Source of the DNA: Paragordius varius
Taxonomy: Eukaryota > Animalia > Nematomorpha
Reading direction: 5' to 3'
Length of the DNA stretch: 64,000 nt
NCBI GenBank assembly: GCA_964247055.1
Contig: OZ176050.1
Span: 3,658,001-3,722,000, forward strand
The position numbers and the translations under genes are program-made. This document shows positions 63,304 through 64,000 of the stretch, one piece after another; position 1 is the stretch's first letter; every line of letters begins with the position of its first letter. Under the pieces are notes generated by a model. The model saw nothing but the letters and a program-made list of their open reading frames with translations. It was not told the origin of the DNA and did not search any database.

Positions 63304-64000
63304 CTGCATCAATATAATAATTAAATAAATATCGAATTCTATTCAGAAACAATTTGAAAATGTCGTTTGGTGTTGATCAATAATTTTTTTTAAATGAATA
63401 TATTTTGTCATAGTTTTTATAAAAGTATCCTGTAGGTGGTGCAGAAATCATATTATTACTATCAAAAACAAATAATGTTCAGAAGCTTTAACACCCGTAC
63501 ATGGTAATTTCGTTTTATGATTTTCTTTAAGATTTCAATAATTGATGGATTATTTTAGATTTAGGCAATACTCTTTTTTATGTTTAGCATTCTTAGGTCG
63601 TTTATTAGTAAACATACCAGCATTTACTTTTCCCGGTCGGTTAAGTAGCTGATTAATATATTTTCCAGCAATTCATACAAATTTATTACATCTTTAATCG
63701 AAGTGCACATTATCGAGAAAAATAAGTTGCTTCGATATCGATTTAGCTAACAGTTTGTTTTTACAAAATTTTGCTCGCTTAACCGTTATATTTTAAATTA
63801 ACAGTTGTAGTTCTTATTAATTAAAGTCATTTCAGAAAAAATGGAAAGAAAATCGTTATGAGGCGAATTGGTTTAGCTGGCAGATATTTCCAAAAAAATA
63901 TTTTTAAAAGAAAAGGGTTTTCATATCAGTATAAATCATTTGCAATTTAATAAATAATGACTCAATATCATTGATATATATATATATATATATATATATA

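Noticed and set aside
63975-64000. (TA)n tracts (also ~1233, ~6980, ~15450, ~37615, ~48190, ~49680) and (AAT)n runs
   Set aside because: Ordinary microsatellites expected in a very AT-rich genome.

Overview
A very AT-rich eukaryotic (animal-type) window with spliceosomal genes and many transposable elements; no prokaryotic features and no CRISPR. From left to right: (1) a SAC2/INPP5F phosphoinositide phosphatase gene (minus strand; its 3' end could not be fixed and it probably runs off the left edge) lies head-to-head with a GRASP/tamalin-like PDZ scaffold gene (plus strand), with only 33 nt between the inferred start codons. (2) An approximately 43-kb tandem triplication (about 11.3-54.4 kb) carries three minus-strand tetraspanin copies. 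Copy 3 is intact (258 aa). Copies 1 and 2 are pseudogenes broken by the same exon-1 insertion, which is 13.4 kb in copy 1 (a nest of Helitron, hAT, RTE-in-RTE and Tc1/IS630-like sequence) and 280 bp in copy 2. Copy 2 looks like an unequal-crossover hybrid of copies 1 and 3. (3) A minus-strand gene encodes at least five EGF-like repeats plus a catalytically dead trypsin-like domain. A non-autonomous Helitron family occurs at seven loci. The most unusual observations are a 321-bp foldback insertion with a minimal type I hammerhead ribozyme at its apex (13-bp TSD, sense strand of the last intron of the intact tetraspanin) and 21-27-nt GT-AG introns concentrated at the 5' ends of three unrelated genes. 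All assignments come from manual translation, comparison between the paralogous copies and recalled family motifs; no database searches were run.
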